Assembly (NCBI RefSeq): GCF_006345805.1
Contig: NC_043024.1
Span: 11,718,001 to 11,782,000, forward strand
Origin: Octopus sinensis
Lineage: Eukaryota
Direction: 5' to 3'
Length of the DNA stretch: 64,000 nt
Below are positions 1 to 11,474 of the stretch, one piece after another; the stretch's first letter is position 1, and every line of letters starts with the position of its first letter. A model generated the notes under the pieces. That model was not told the origin of the DNA. It saw only the letters and a list, made by a program, of their open reading frames with translations, and did no database searches. The position numbers and the translations under genes are program-made.

Positions 1-550
1 AATCACCCCAGAGGGCACTCACTAAACGAATTGAAGGCATGGCTGCTCTCGATTATTGGGACCGCCTTAAAGCCTTGAAAACTCTACTCCCTCCAGCGTC
101 GCCGTGAGCGGTACATCATTTGTACGATGTGGAGAATATACCGCCAACTTTGCCCGAATGACCTGAACATTAGCTTCAAGGTACATCCAAGACTGGGACC
201 ACGGGCTATACGTCCCCTGCCCAATTCAAGATCACAGCATACATGTACACTGTAACATAATTTATTTTCCTCAACAGGCCCTGCCCTATTTAACATTGTC
301 CCGAAAGAGATCAAAGAGGAAAAGGATCCCATCAACTTTAAACGGAGTCTGGATAGATTCCTTCAAGGAATACCAGATAAGCCACCCATAATTGGACTCA
401 ACTCACCAACAAAAACTCATTACTTGAATGGACCATAAACAAAACTTGACTTAAAGAGGATTCAGGTAATCCTATCAGGTGGTGCTATTAAGTTAGACAT
501 GCCATGGACCAATCTTTGGTCGAAACATATCTAAGTTTATCTAAGTTTAT
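1..550 (+). mobile_element. CR1-group LINE, 3' fragment (ORF2 C-terminus, 3' UTR, short tandem tail)
   Basis: Frameshifted translation gives ...DYWDRLKAL-LYSLQRRRERYII...GPALFNIVPKEIK...FKRSLDRFLQGIPDKP, typical of CR1-group ORF2 ends. Ends in (ATCTAAGTTT)2. Confidence 0.7.
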
Positions 551-565
551 ATATATATATATAGA

Positions 566-1098
566 AAATAGTAAAAAGTGAAAAAATTACAGAAGGCTTG
601 TTTTAAAAGGTTAAAGAATATATATTAAAGTCAATATGTCTGAAGAATATTATAAATTTTTTTCTTACAATGACATAGTTTAGAAGAAAGACCGGTTTCG
701 CGTTTAGCTTTTCAAATTTCTTACGTCGTTATGTTTATGTTGAGAAGAGTTATCGTTATGTTTATGTTGAAAAGAGTTCTAAATAAGGGGAGGTAATAAG
801 TGAAATTCACCCCAAAGGAAAGGAAAACATTTTGAGCGATTATCTCCCTTACATCGTAAGAAATCACTTATTACCTCTCCTTATTTAGAACTCTTTTCAA
901 CATAAACATAACGATAACTCTTCTCAACATAAACATAACGACGAAAGAAATTCGAAAAGCTAAACGCGAAACCGGTCTTTCTTCTAAACTATGTCATTGT
1001 AAGAAAAAAATTATAATATTCTTCAGACATATTGACTTAATATATATTCTTAACCTTTTAAACAAGCCTTCTGTAGTCTTTTCACTTTTTACTATTTT
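566..1098. repeat. Long inverted repeat (arms about 566-803 and 864-1098, 60-bp spacer), foldback or inverted Penelope-like termini
   Basis: The arms are near-perfect reverse complements. Each contains GC-TAAAC-GC-GAAACCGGTC, resembling a Penelope hammerhead relic. Confidence 0.85.
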
Positions 1099-1738
1099 AT
1101 ATATATTCAATCACGTGCTTTCACAAACCAAATTTCTTATCTATATATATAGATATATATTATATATATGTCAGGTGACTTTTGAGTGCTACTGGTAACA
1201 TGTAACCCAGTACAACCTGTTGCATGGTCGGGCCGTCGGAGACTAAACCGGCAACCCCACCAAGCTTGCTTGGTGAGGAGGGTGTTTATTGGACACCCTG
1301 CGGGATGAAAAACAAAACCCGTCAAAGGGCGGAGGAACTCTTGAGAGTCAACAGCCATTCAATAAATGCCTTAAGGCTGTATCATGCGCGGGGACATAGA
1401 AATAATCGGACTGAATACCCGATCGCGTGGTTAAACCATTGGGATTGAAGGACTCCTAGCCTTTGTTAGGGCATCCTTCTAGGAGAAGGTAACTCAGGTA
1501 ACTGGGATAACTCCGACATAAAACCTGCGGCTCAGTGGTTACCGATGATGTTGACTTGTTCTTCTTTTCGGATTATGGCTGCTGTTGCTTAGTGAGTGGG
1601 ATTGACTCAGTGCACAGCCTTTCTTCACTTTAAAAAAAGTCTTCTTGCACAGGCATTGCACGATAACAACATTGATTAAGCTTCGTGCAATGGCCATACA
1701 CGATAACGAGGGGGCAGCCACCATGTATACATACCGAC

Positions 1739-2183
1739 ACTTCCGGAAGTACCAGATACATTAAAAAAAGTGTTTTTTTATATATGGGAGGTTAGGGTTA
1801 GGGTTAGGGTTAGGATTAGGGTTAGGATTAGGGTTAGGATTAGGGTTAGGATTAGGGTTAGGGTTAGGGTTAGGGTTAGGATTAGGGTTAGGATGAGGGT
1901 TAGGGTTAGGATTAGGGTTAGGGTTAGGATTAGGGTTAGGATTAGGGTTAGGATTAGGATTAGGGTTAGGGTTTGTGTTAGGGTTGAGTTAGGGGTGGGA
2001 GAAAAGGGTTTCTGTTATCTTCAGAAATGTAAACAAAGTCACGTGTGTACATATACCGAAGCATCGCCACATACCCTAACCCTAACCCTAACAGAAACCC
2101 TAACCTTAACCCTAACCCTAACCCTAACCTCCGATATATAAAAAAAAACACTTTTTTGAAATGTATCTGGTACTTCCGGAAGT
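1739..2183. mobile_element. MITE/foldback element with TIRs and internal telomere-like (TTAGGG/TTAGGA)n
   Basis: acttccggaagtaccagatacatt...ggaggttaggg at the left is mirrored by ccctaacctcc...aatgtatctggtacttccggaagt at the right. TTAGGG-type array at about 1790-1975. Confidence 0.75.
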
Positions 2184-2214
2184 ACACCGGTACTTGTACC
2201 GTAACATCGCCCGA

Positions 2215-2301
<87 letters not shown>

Positions 2302-2604
2302 TCATCATGTGACCGACCAGACCATCAGATGTTGCTACACATCGCTGGTCACAATGCGTTCGCATTGTTTTAGCCTTCAAATGACGCCACCCCGCTGGCA
2401 AAGCGAGCAGGCAAACAGAAGAAAGAGTGAGAGGAAGTTGTGGCGAAAGAGTACAGCAGGGATCGCCACCACCCCCTGCCGGAGCCTCGTGGAGCTTTAG
2501 GTGTTTTTGCTCAATAAACACTCACAACGCCCAGTCTGGGAAACGAAACCGCGATCCTACAACCGCGAGTCCGCTGCCCTAACCACTGGGCCATTGCGCC
2601 TCCA
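2302..2604 (-). mobile_element. tRNA-derived SINE (family 1, tail type A)
   Basis: Minus strand starts tggaggcgcaatggcccagtggttagggcagcggactcgcgg, with A/B-box-like motifs. Second copy at 5551-5833. Confidence 0.8.
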
Positions 2605-2921
2605 TATATGTATATATATAGATCGATATAGATATGGATATGTGTGTGTATGCCTTTGTGTCTGTGTTTGTATCCCTACCACCCTTTGTCAACCGGTGTG
2701 CATAGGTCCCCTTAAATTATTCTACGTAATACGCTAGGGCACTCTTTCCTAAAGTTTAATTTCACTTGACAGCTAGACTACCGATTCATATTACATGCCA
2801 TAAGTTCCCTATTGATCTTAATGCTTTTCCATGTACTCTGCAACCCTTTCTGTTATTTCTTTTACTTAGTCCATTGTGCACACTCTATCGTACAAACTTT
2901 AAATAACAGCCTTAGTTTATA

Positions 2922-3700
2922 CTAGCAGTATCGCCCGGTGTTGCTCGGGTTTGTTTCGACCCTTTAGAATTGGAATTTTTGAAAAGTAAAAAGTTTGCAT
3001 TATGTAGCTTGTTATTCTCTTTAAGTGAACATTTTTTCTGGTTGAAATACACTGATAAATGGCGACACAGCAGTCAAAAAATCGTAAAAAATAGGTATTT
3101 TCATTAAAAATAGAACCTTTTTGATGTAAATAATTTTTGGTGTTAACATGGTCCGATTTGAATTTTATCTTCTACGGAAGGAAGAGCAAGCCTTCTTCTA
3201 TCATACTCTTATTTTGGTCAACTTGCACCGCAGGGTCTCGAATGAGATAGTGCTAGTTGAAGGCTACCAAACATGCCACACACAGACAACTTCAGCTTTA
3301 TATATATAGACTAGCCGTATCGCCCGGCATTGCTCGGGTTTGTTTCGACCCTGTAGAATTGGAATTTTTGAAAAGTAAAAGATTTGCATTATGTAGCTTG
3401 TTATTCTTTAAGTGAACATTTTTCTGGTTGAAATACACCGAAAAATGGCGACACAGCAGTAAAAAAATCGTAAAAAATAGGGATTTTCATAGAAAAAAAG
3501 CACCTTTTTGATGTGAATAATTTTTGGTGTTAACATGGTCTGATTTGAATTTTATCTTCTACTGAAGGAAGAGCAAGCCTTCTTCTATCATACTCTCAAT
3601 TTTGGTCAACTTGTGCCGCAGGGTCTCGGAGGAGATAGTGTTAATTGAAGGCTACCAAACCTGCCACATACAGACAACTTCAGCTTTATATATAGAGAGA
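2922..3700 (-). mobile_element. Two head-to-tail non-autonomous Helitron-like elements (2922-3310, 3311-3700)
   Basis: On the minus strand each starts TC and ends with the hairpin cccgagcaac..cggg plus CTAG. The pair is inserted between A and T, with no spacer between copies. Confidence 0.75.
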
Positions 3701-4011
3701 TTATACTGTGTAATACGATTATTGTCCTTGGCTACCAACTGCTATTTCCTATTTGCTTATCCCTAGATAGAAAAAAAAAGCACCTTTTTGATGTAAATGC
3801 ATGAACAATTGCATTCTGTAGAATATTTCTTCAAGGGTCTGCATAGCCTTTCCGTTCCATGTCACATTTTTGTCTCAAAATATTTGCAAAGAAGACCTTA
3901 GTTTCTGAACGTTCGGCATCAGTTTGTTAAACAACAACCAAGGGATGGCTATCGTCTGCTATATAACCATATTGCAGACGATAGTCATGCCTTGGTTGCA
4001 CTTTGTTTCCT

Positions 4012-4437
4012 TACTCTCTTTTACTCTTTTACTTGTTTCAGTCATTTGACTGCGGCCATGCTGGAGCACTATCTTTAGTCGAGCAAATCGACCCCGGGAC
4101 TTATTCTTTTGTAAGACTTATTCTTTTGTACTTATTCTATCGATTTCTCTTTTGCCGAATCGCTAAGTGACGGGGATGTAAACACACCAGCATCGGTTGT
4201 CAAGCAATGCTATGGGGACAAACACACAACACACACACACATACATATATACACATATATATATACATATATACGACAGGCTTCTTTCAGTTTCCGTCTA
4301 CCAAATCCACTCACAAGGCTTTGGTCGGCCCGGGGCTATAGCAGAAGACACTTGTCCAAGATGCCACGCAGTGGGACTGAACCCGGAACCATGTGGTTGG
4401 TAAACAAGCTACTTACCACACAGCCACTCCTGCGCCT
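4012..4437 (-). mobile_element. tRNA-derived SINE (family 2) with ggcggtgctccagcatggccgcag tail
   Basis: Head gcaggagtggctgtgtggtaag...ggttccgggttcagtcccact. Further full or partial copies at 7545-7850, 8459-8625, 9640-9845, 41974-42380, 43245-43587, 45655-45988, 48295-48625 and 55790-56122. Confidence 0.85.
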
Positions 4438-5047
4438 GTCTCTTTTTTTTTTTCAGTTTTAGGTAACATCTCTTAAGTTTCTTTCTCTTTTTGTAATCAT
4501 TGCTTTTCGATACCGATGTTATTATTTATGAATAGGCATTTTTATACCTGGTGGTGTTAAATCAGGTAAGCGAGCCGGCCACCCCATAGGCCCCCCGCTT
4601 CCCAGTCCAACGATCAGGGAAAATTTCGTTTAGCCAGTCACGGACAGCCAGTGAATAATGTGGAGGAACACCATTCTGCTGCTACCATAATTCTTTAAAG
4701 CCTTCTTGTTCCTTTAACTAAGGGAGAACTTGGTTTTGTAAAACTTTCAGACATGTGACCCCATTTATGCCACCTTTAATAAAGAATGGCCCCACGAGTC
4801 AGTTGTAACTCACTCCTGCACGCGTCTACAGTTAATCAAAGCCGGGTGGATTCATTATTTTTTTTCTCTTTACCTGCGTGAGTTGTTGAGTATGGCTGTC
4901 TGGGAGATTTTCTTATGGCAGTGAAATAGTTAGCTTTAACTGGTATTTCTAAATCTCGGTATGCAGTGAAGCAAATTTTTGCTGAAACCTAATTATAATT
5001 ATACTCATAATTATAGAATTTTTTTTGTTGTGTGTGTATATATATAT

Positions 5048-5115
<68 letters not shown>

Positions 5116-5370
5116 CGTTTAAATATTTGTTGTGCAAGATTATTTATGTGAAGTCGTGTGTTGAAACAGATATTGTTATATTTCGGAATGGTCATTTTGC
5201 CAGTTTAGCCAATAAAAACACACGCACTATATATTTGGTGTTACTTTGCTTCAGTGTTATTTATTTTTTACATTAATCTTAATCTTATTTCGGCCAGAGT
5301 TCTTACTCTTTAACTTGTTTCAGTCATTTGACTGTGGCCATGCTGGAGCACCGCCTTTAAAATTGATTGA

Positions 5371-5458
5371 CGCCCGCAGAGTGACTCGAACCCGTGACCC
5401 TCAGATTACTTCTAAGGTTGACTCATAAAAGTATGATGCTCTACCGACTGAGCTATGC
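5371..5458 (-). pseudogene. tRNA-Lys(TTT) pseudogene retaining a 19-nt intron (5407-5425), fused to a SINE 3' tail (5303-5358)
   Basis: Minus strand reads gca-tagctcagtcggtagagc-atcata-c-t-TTT-a-[tgagtcaaccttagaagta]-atctga-gggtcacgggttcgagtcactctgcgggcg. The first 4 nt of the acceptor stem are missing and the anticodon stem has one mismatch. Confidence 0.8.
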
Positions 5459-5550
5459 ATATATATATGTATATATTATGAGTATAATTATAATTATACT
5501 CATAATTATAGAATTTTTGCACGTATATATATATATATATATATATCACG

Positions 5551-5833
5551 TGATCACGTGACCGACCAGGCTATCAGATGTTGTTACACATCGCTGGTCA
5601 CAATGTGCTTCGCATTGTTTTAGCCTTCAAATGACGCCACCCCGCTGGCTAAGCGAGCAGGCCAACAGAAGAAAGAGTGAGAGAAAATTGTGGCGAAAGA
5701 GTACAGCAGAGATCGCCACCACCCTCTGCCGGAGCCTCGTGGAGCTTTAGGTGTTTTCGCTCAATAAACACTCACAACGCCCAGTCTAGGAATCAAAACC
5801 GCGATCCTCCGACTTCCCTAACCACTGGGCCAT
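5551..5833 (-). mobile_element. tRNA-derived SINE (family 1, tail type A)
   Basis: Near-identical to 2302-2604, with a slightly damaged head. Confidence 0.75.
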
Positions 5834-5932
5834 TTATAAAACTTATAAATTTATAAATTTAACCTTTAAAGGCATTTTTTAATATGCTGGCCATTGATAG
5901 AATTTTTTTCGAAAAATTTTATCCTATATTAG

Positions 5933-5993
<61 letters not shown>

Positions 5994-6584
5994 ATATAAT
6001 ATATATATATATAATATATTTATTTACCAATAGTACACATACACAAACACATACACACACAAACTAGTAAATATTTATACCTGTTCATAACTGCTTTAGT
6101 AAGTTATTTACCGAATAAAAATTATAATCCGATCGATAAATGGCCGAATAAAAAGAATACCGACTAAAATTGAAACGGTGGTTTATTTTTAATAAGAAAT
6201 TTCAATTGCTACGGTAATCATAAAATAATAAATCGAATAATAATCTTGAACAACAAAGAAAATATCAAAAGATATTTTCTGGTATTGTTGAAAAAAGCTA
6301 TGGTCGTCATCTTGCATAGACAGATGAAAGAATGTATGGGAGGCCAGAGATCGGTCAACCAGTTAATAATAAACGTAGATGTACTGGTTGTGGTAGGACA
6401 AGGCCACAGTGACCGAAGAGACTGGAATTTCAAGGACGATGTGAAAGAGAACCAACGCAAAAACAAATACAATAAAATCTATTAACAATAATATTAATTT
6501 TAGCAACAACAATGTATTGTTTAAAAGATGTTAATCCTATCTATAAGCTTAATCCTGGCCCTACAAATGTTAAGTGAATCTCAC

Positions 6585-6591
6585 TATAAAA
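6585..6591 (+). promoter_or_regulatory. TATA box of the modular Cys-rich gene
   Basis: TATAAAA lies 53 bp upstream of an ATG that opens a signal-peptide-like exon. Confidence 0.6.
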
Positions 6592-6637
6592 GGGATCCTC
6601 TTTCCTTCGTTGTCAGCTACAAGAAAACTACGAAACG

Positions 6638-6689
6638 ATGCTGAAGTATCTCTCGATCGTCTGCTTCTTTACTGCAGCCATCTTGACAG
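6638..6689 (+). CDS. Exon 1, signal peptide MLKYLSIVCFFTAAILT, of a secreted multi-module Cys-rich protein
   Basis: ATG, a basic residue, then a hydrophobic core. Phase-1 GT donor at 6690 is compatible with all downstream exons. Linkage to them is inferred. Confidence 0.6.
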
Positions 6690-7002
6690 GTTATTTCTCT
6701 ATTTCTTCTTTTGACAAATATCCTACTGTTTCTCTTTTTCTGAATTTAATTTTATCATCCACAGGAGTTTTATTTTAATAACTGAATCATTACCATTTCA
6801 GATTTATCTCTCAGTCGATCAATTCTGTGAATTCTAAATAGGTAAATGGGTAAATGATATAGTTGACGAGTGTGTGTGTGTCTGACATTGTTGTAAAATT
6901 GATATCATGTTCTCTTGTAGGTCGTGTGAAGTAAAAAGAAAACTAATTGAACATAAGCAATAATAAATCTCTGAACGAGGTATAAACAGTAACTGCACGA
7001 CA

Positions 7003-7234
7003 ATGTGAGGTATATTTGATATCTCAATATGGCTAACCACTAAGGGTGGGTGTTACTGTAGCTTGTAACCCCAGGAGAACATCTCCTCCAGCTGGCTATA
7101 GGCACACTTTCTGTGCCCTATCGGTATTTGCAAAGAGAGGTCATCCTTCCCTCGTCAACATAAGTGATACGCAAGGACTAGTAACACCCACCCTTAGTGG
7201 TTAGCCATATTGAGATGGCAAATATACCTCACAT
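7003..7234. mobile_element. MITE with about 55-bp TIRs
   Basis: atgtgaggtatatttg...gggtgggtgttact (7003-7057) is mirrored at 7180-7234. Confidence 0.75.
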
Positions 7235-7329
7235 AACTGAACATATTTATCCTTTAAAGGTTTATACATAGTAATCGCATTGAGGCCTCTAAATTAATAG
7301 CATCCCACTTAGTGACACCTTGGGCTTGA

Positions 7330-7530
7330 AAAACAGAAAGACGAAATTTGTAGAAAAACAAAAGACGAAGACAGGTGTATGAACAACAAGCAAATGTATT
7401 AGTTTGACACTGGGGAAAAATGAAAAAGTCTTTTATGTTTCAAGCCTATGCTCTTCAACAGAAAGGAATGAGAAAATAAACAGAGAGAGAATTAAAAAAA
7501 ACTTGTAAAGTTCAGCGGCCCAAAATGGCT
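7330..7530 (-). mobile_element. Penelope-like terminal fragment with degenerate minimal hammerhead
   Basis: Minus strand 7435-7461 reads CUUU-CUGUUGA-A-GAGC-AUAG-GCUU-GAAA-CAU-A-AAAG. Confidence 0.45.
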
Positions 7531-7898
7531 ACTATGGCCTCAGGCCAACCAAAGCCTTGCAAGTGGATTTGATAGACGTAAACCGAAAGAAGCCCGTCGT
7601 ATATATTATATATATATGTATTTATGTGTGTATATATCTATATGTGCGTGTCTGTATTTGTCCTTCTATCACCACTTGACAACCGGTGTTGGTGTGTTTT
7701 CCTCTCCATAATCTAGCGGTTCGGAAAAAGTGAGCGATAGAATAAATATTAGGCTTTAAAAAGTAAGTCCTGGGGTTGTTTTGTTCGGCTAAAATAATTC
7801 AAGTCGGTGCTCCAGCATGGCCACAGTCAAATGACTGAAACAAATAAAAGAACAAGAGAAATATAAATCTTTTCAGAATGAGGGATATTTAATATATC

Positions 7899-8195
7899 CC
7901 TCGGCCAAGTGGTTAGAGCAGCGGACTCGCGGTCGAGGGATCGCGGGTTCGAATCTCAGACCGGGCGATGTCTGTGTTTATGAGTGAAACACCTAAGCTC
8001 CGCATGGCTCCGTCAGAAGGTAATGGCGAACTTCTGCTGACTCTTTCGCCACAACTTTCTCTCCCTCTTTCCTCCTGCATCTTGTAGCTCACCTGCGACG
8101 GACCGGCGTCCCGTCCAGATGGGGAACCTATACGCCAAGGAAACCGGGAAACCGGCCCTTATGAGCCAGGCATGGCTCGAGAAGGAACAAACAAT
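7899..8195 (+). mobile_element. tRNA-derived SINE (family 1 head, tail type B)
   Basis: Same head and centre as 2302-2604, but a different 3' tail ending ggctcgagaaggaacaaacaa. Confidence 0.7.
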
Positions 8196-8620
8196 CTGTT
8201 AATATACATACGTAAGCCAAAACGATCAAATGGCAGAATTCTTAGCACACTGGGCAAGATGTTTAGCGGCGTTTCCTCTATCTCTCCATAGTGAGTTCAA
8301 ATGCTACCGAAATTGTTGCTTTTCGTCTTTTCGGGGTCGATAAAATGAGTACTAGTCAACCACCGAGGTCGACTTCGCCCCTTCCGCCAAAGCTGCTGGC
8401 CTTGGTCCTCGCCTGTTTGAAATCATTATATTGCCTCATCATTTTATATTGTTCCATTAGGCGCAGGAGTGGCTGTGTGGTAAGTAGCTTGCTTACCAAC
8501 CACATGGTTCTGGGTTCAGTCCCACTGCGTGGTACCTTGTGCAAGTGTTTTCTACTATAGCCTCGGGCCGACCAAATCTTGTGAGTGGATTTGGTAGACG
8601 CAGACTGAAAGAAGCCCGTC

Positions 8621-8648
<28 letters not shown>

Positions 8649-8654
<6 letters not shown>

Positions 8655-9475
8655 AACTAAAATCATTGAACAAGCAAATACAAAGTCAACCACATGTCAT
8701 TTCATAATTCGAACATTTAATTATAGAATAAACATATAACCCGCAAGATGGAACAAAATTCATATATACAGCACGTAATAATAATAATATGGTATGGTGC
8801 GAGAAAAATTCTTATCATTGAAACTTAGAATTAATATTCTAGCGATTCAAAGAGAATACATTTATAAAAGGATGTAGAAAGTAAAATATAATATAAGTAA
8901 TATATAAAAATATATAGGTATATAAAAATATAGGCATATAAAAATATATAAAACATATATAAATATATATACATATGCACCCTAGTGCTTTAAACATAAT
9001 ACACCCCTGAAATGGCCATAGGGATAAGTAAACATGATTTCCTTCTTATATATAAGGCTTATTTTACCTGATTAAGATTTCTAAACGATGAACCTTATTT
9101 TACTTCATTTACACGATATATATATATTATATCTTTTATATGCTCCTATATGTATATATATTTATATATGTTTTATATATTTTTATATGCCTATATTTTT
9201 ATATACCTATATATTTGTATATATTACTTATATTATATTTTACTTTCTACGTCCTTTTATAAATGTATTCTCTTTGAATCACTAGAATATTAATTCTAAG
9301 TTTCAATGATAAGAATTTTTCTCGCACCATACCATATTATTATTATTACGTGCTGTACATATGAATTTTGTTCCATCTTGCGGGTTATATGTTTATTCTA
9401 TAATTAAATGTTCGAATCATGAAATGACATGTGGTTGACTTTGTATTTGCTTGTTCAATGATTTTAGTTTGATAT
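8649..9475. repeat. Long inverted repeat / foldback element (arms about 8649-8976 and 9148-9475)
   Basis: About 325-bp arms are near-perfect reverse complements around a 170-bp spacer. Confidence 0.85.
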
Positions 9476-9553
9476 TTTTGTCTCTTCCAATAGAGCACTT
9501 CTATTGCAGTCCTATTAAACCTTTTTTTGTTCCTGACAAGAAACAATTATTGT

Positions 9554-9604
<51 letters not shown>

Positions 9605-10573
9605 TATATACATTACACACACACACATATATATATATGTTTGTGTGTCTGTTTGTCCCCCTAGCATTGATTGACAACCAATGCTGGTGTGTTTATGTCC
9701 CCGTCACTTAGTGGTTCGGCAAAAGAGCCCAATAGAATAAGTACTGGCTTCCAAAGAATAAGTCCCGGGGTTGATTTGGTCGACTAAAGGCGGTGCTCCA
9801 GCATGGCCGCAGTCAAATTATTGAAACAAGTAAAAGAGTAAAGATTGGTCAGCATTGTTGTTGGAGTTGATAGAGTTTGGAACATAGCCAGGTGATAGGT
9901 ATTTTATCTTCAAGAAACTTTTTCTCAGCTTTGACCCGAGTAACGGTAAATACAGGAGAACTAACAATTTAGCCAAAAAGAATGCGTGTCTTCGACCTTC
10001 GGCGATCTGGGGAAAATCTTTGGGAGGATTCATCGCTCTGTGATATGGTGACCCGTGCAAGAACTTGGGGGAAATGAAGAATGCATAATTCAGTAAAACA
10101 CACAAATACTCACGGATGATTATTTTGTGTTTTTAGTAAAAAAAAATGGCTTAGATGAGTGACTCAACATCACCGTTCTGTGTTCTCTTCGTGCCAGATC
10201 CAACTTTACCATTTATTCTCTTTGGTGTTTACTAAGACAAACAATAGCAAGACCTTGGTTTAGTTCTGTAATGTCAATCACCCTAAAAACTCTTTTTATT
10301 ATTCATAGTCTAAAGAAATATCATTCATTATGTAGATTGTGGGATGTTAACATGTTGAAATATTCCTGGATTTTGAGAATAGGGGGTTAGTCAATAACTA
10401 CCATGGCTCAGCTAGTAACTTATTTTACCAACCCCCAAAAGCACAGTCGACCTTCGTGGCATTTGAACTCAGAACATTACGACAGACGAAATGCTGCTAA
10501 GCTTTTCGCCTGGCGTGCTAACGTTTCTGCCAGAATGCTGCCTTAATTATGTTGAAATATTCATCAGAGAAAA

Positions 10574-10851
10574 GGCGGCGAGCTGGCAGAAACGTTAGGA
10601 CGCCTGGCGAAATGCTTAGCGGTATTTCGTCTGCCGCTACGTTCTGAGTTCAAATTCCGCCGAGGTCGACTTTGCCTTTCATCCTTTCGGGGTAGATTAA
10701 ATAAGTACCAGTTGTGCACTGGGGTCGATATAATCGACTTAATCCGTTTGTCTGTCCTTGTTTGTCCACTCTGTGTTTAGCCCCTTGTGGGTAGTAAAGA
10801 AATAGGTATTTCGTCTGCCGTTACGTTCTGAGTTCAAATTCCGCCGAGGTC
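10574..10851 (+). mobile_element. tRNA-derived SINE (family 3) with start of a second 184-bp internal-to-3' unit
   Basis: Head ggcggcgagctggcagaaacgttag with B box gagttcaaattcc. The 3' end aaagaaatag loops back to gtatttcgtc. Confidence 0.8.
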
Positions 10852-11215
10852 CACACAAACACACACGCACACACACACACACGCACAAACACACACATAT
10901 ACACACACACACACAAACATACACGCACACACACACACGCACAAACACACACATATACACACACACACGCACACACACACAAACACACACACAAATACAC
11001 AAACACACACACAGATACACACACACAAACACATACACACACGCACACACACACACAAACACACACACACATACACATACAAGCACACACACACAAGCAC
11101 ACACACAGATACCCACACGCACAAACACAGACACAGACCCGCACATACAAACACACCCATAAAAACACACACACACACGCACACACACAGAAATACACAC
11201 AAACACACACACACA
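10852..11215. repeat. Compound (CA)n microsatellite
   Basis: Degenerate CA repeats; source of the spurious Cys/Val ORFs in the track. Confidence 0.95.
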
Positions 11216-11309
11216 AGAATACGACGCCAGACATAGACATGCTACAGATCCTTCAATCAAATGTAATAACTTATTCAAGTGTTTGACTTTTAAAAAAATA
11301 TATTTCCAG

Positions 11310-11456
11310 GTGACTGTTCCAATGAAACCAATGTAACCTGCGAATCCGACGGGTTCAACTACTTACTCGGAGAAGTATTACAATTTCCGTGTACCACATG
11401 TGAATGTACGTTGATTGGAGTAAAGTGTAATCAGACATGTGACCAGAATGAAACAG
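11310..11456 (+). CDS. Exon 2, VWC/FN1-like module GDCSNETNVTCESDGFNYLLGEVLQFPCTTCECTLIGVKCNQTCDQNET
   Basis: tttccag acceptor, gtattt donor, 147 bp, phase 1-1, open frame, C..DG..Y..GE....C..C.C....V.C pattern, four N-glycosylation sequons. Confidence 0.8.
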
Positions 11457-11474
11457 GTATTTAAACTTTCATAT

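Noticed and set aside
1150-1560. Possible RTE-type 5' region or ribozyme-bearing repeat
   Set aside because: It looks like an interspersed repeat, but I could neither assign a family nor fold a complete ribozyme from the sequence alone.
1790-1975. True telomere or chromosome-fusion scar
   Set aside because: The tract is short, degenerate and enclosed by element TIRs, with the G-rich strands pointing inward as part of inverted arms.
9850-10090. Possible additional exon between exons 1 and 2
   Set aside because: The phase-1 frame after ttctcag hits a stop and there is no Cys module pattern.
10739-11278. Low-complexity ORFs over (CA)n, (TA)n and (ATT)n tracts here and at 30823-31288, 44463-44926, 45315-45646, 48072-48410 and 49583-50219
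   Set aside because: They are translations of microsatellites with no coding signal.
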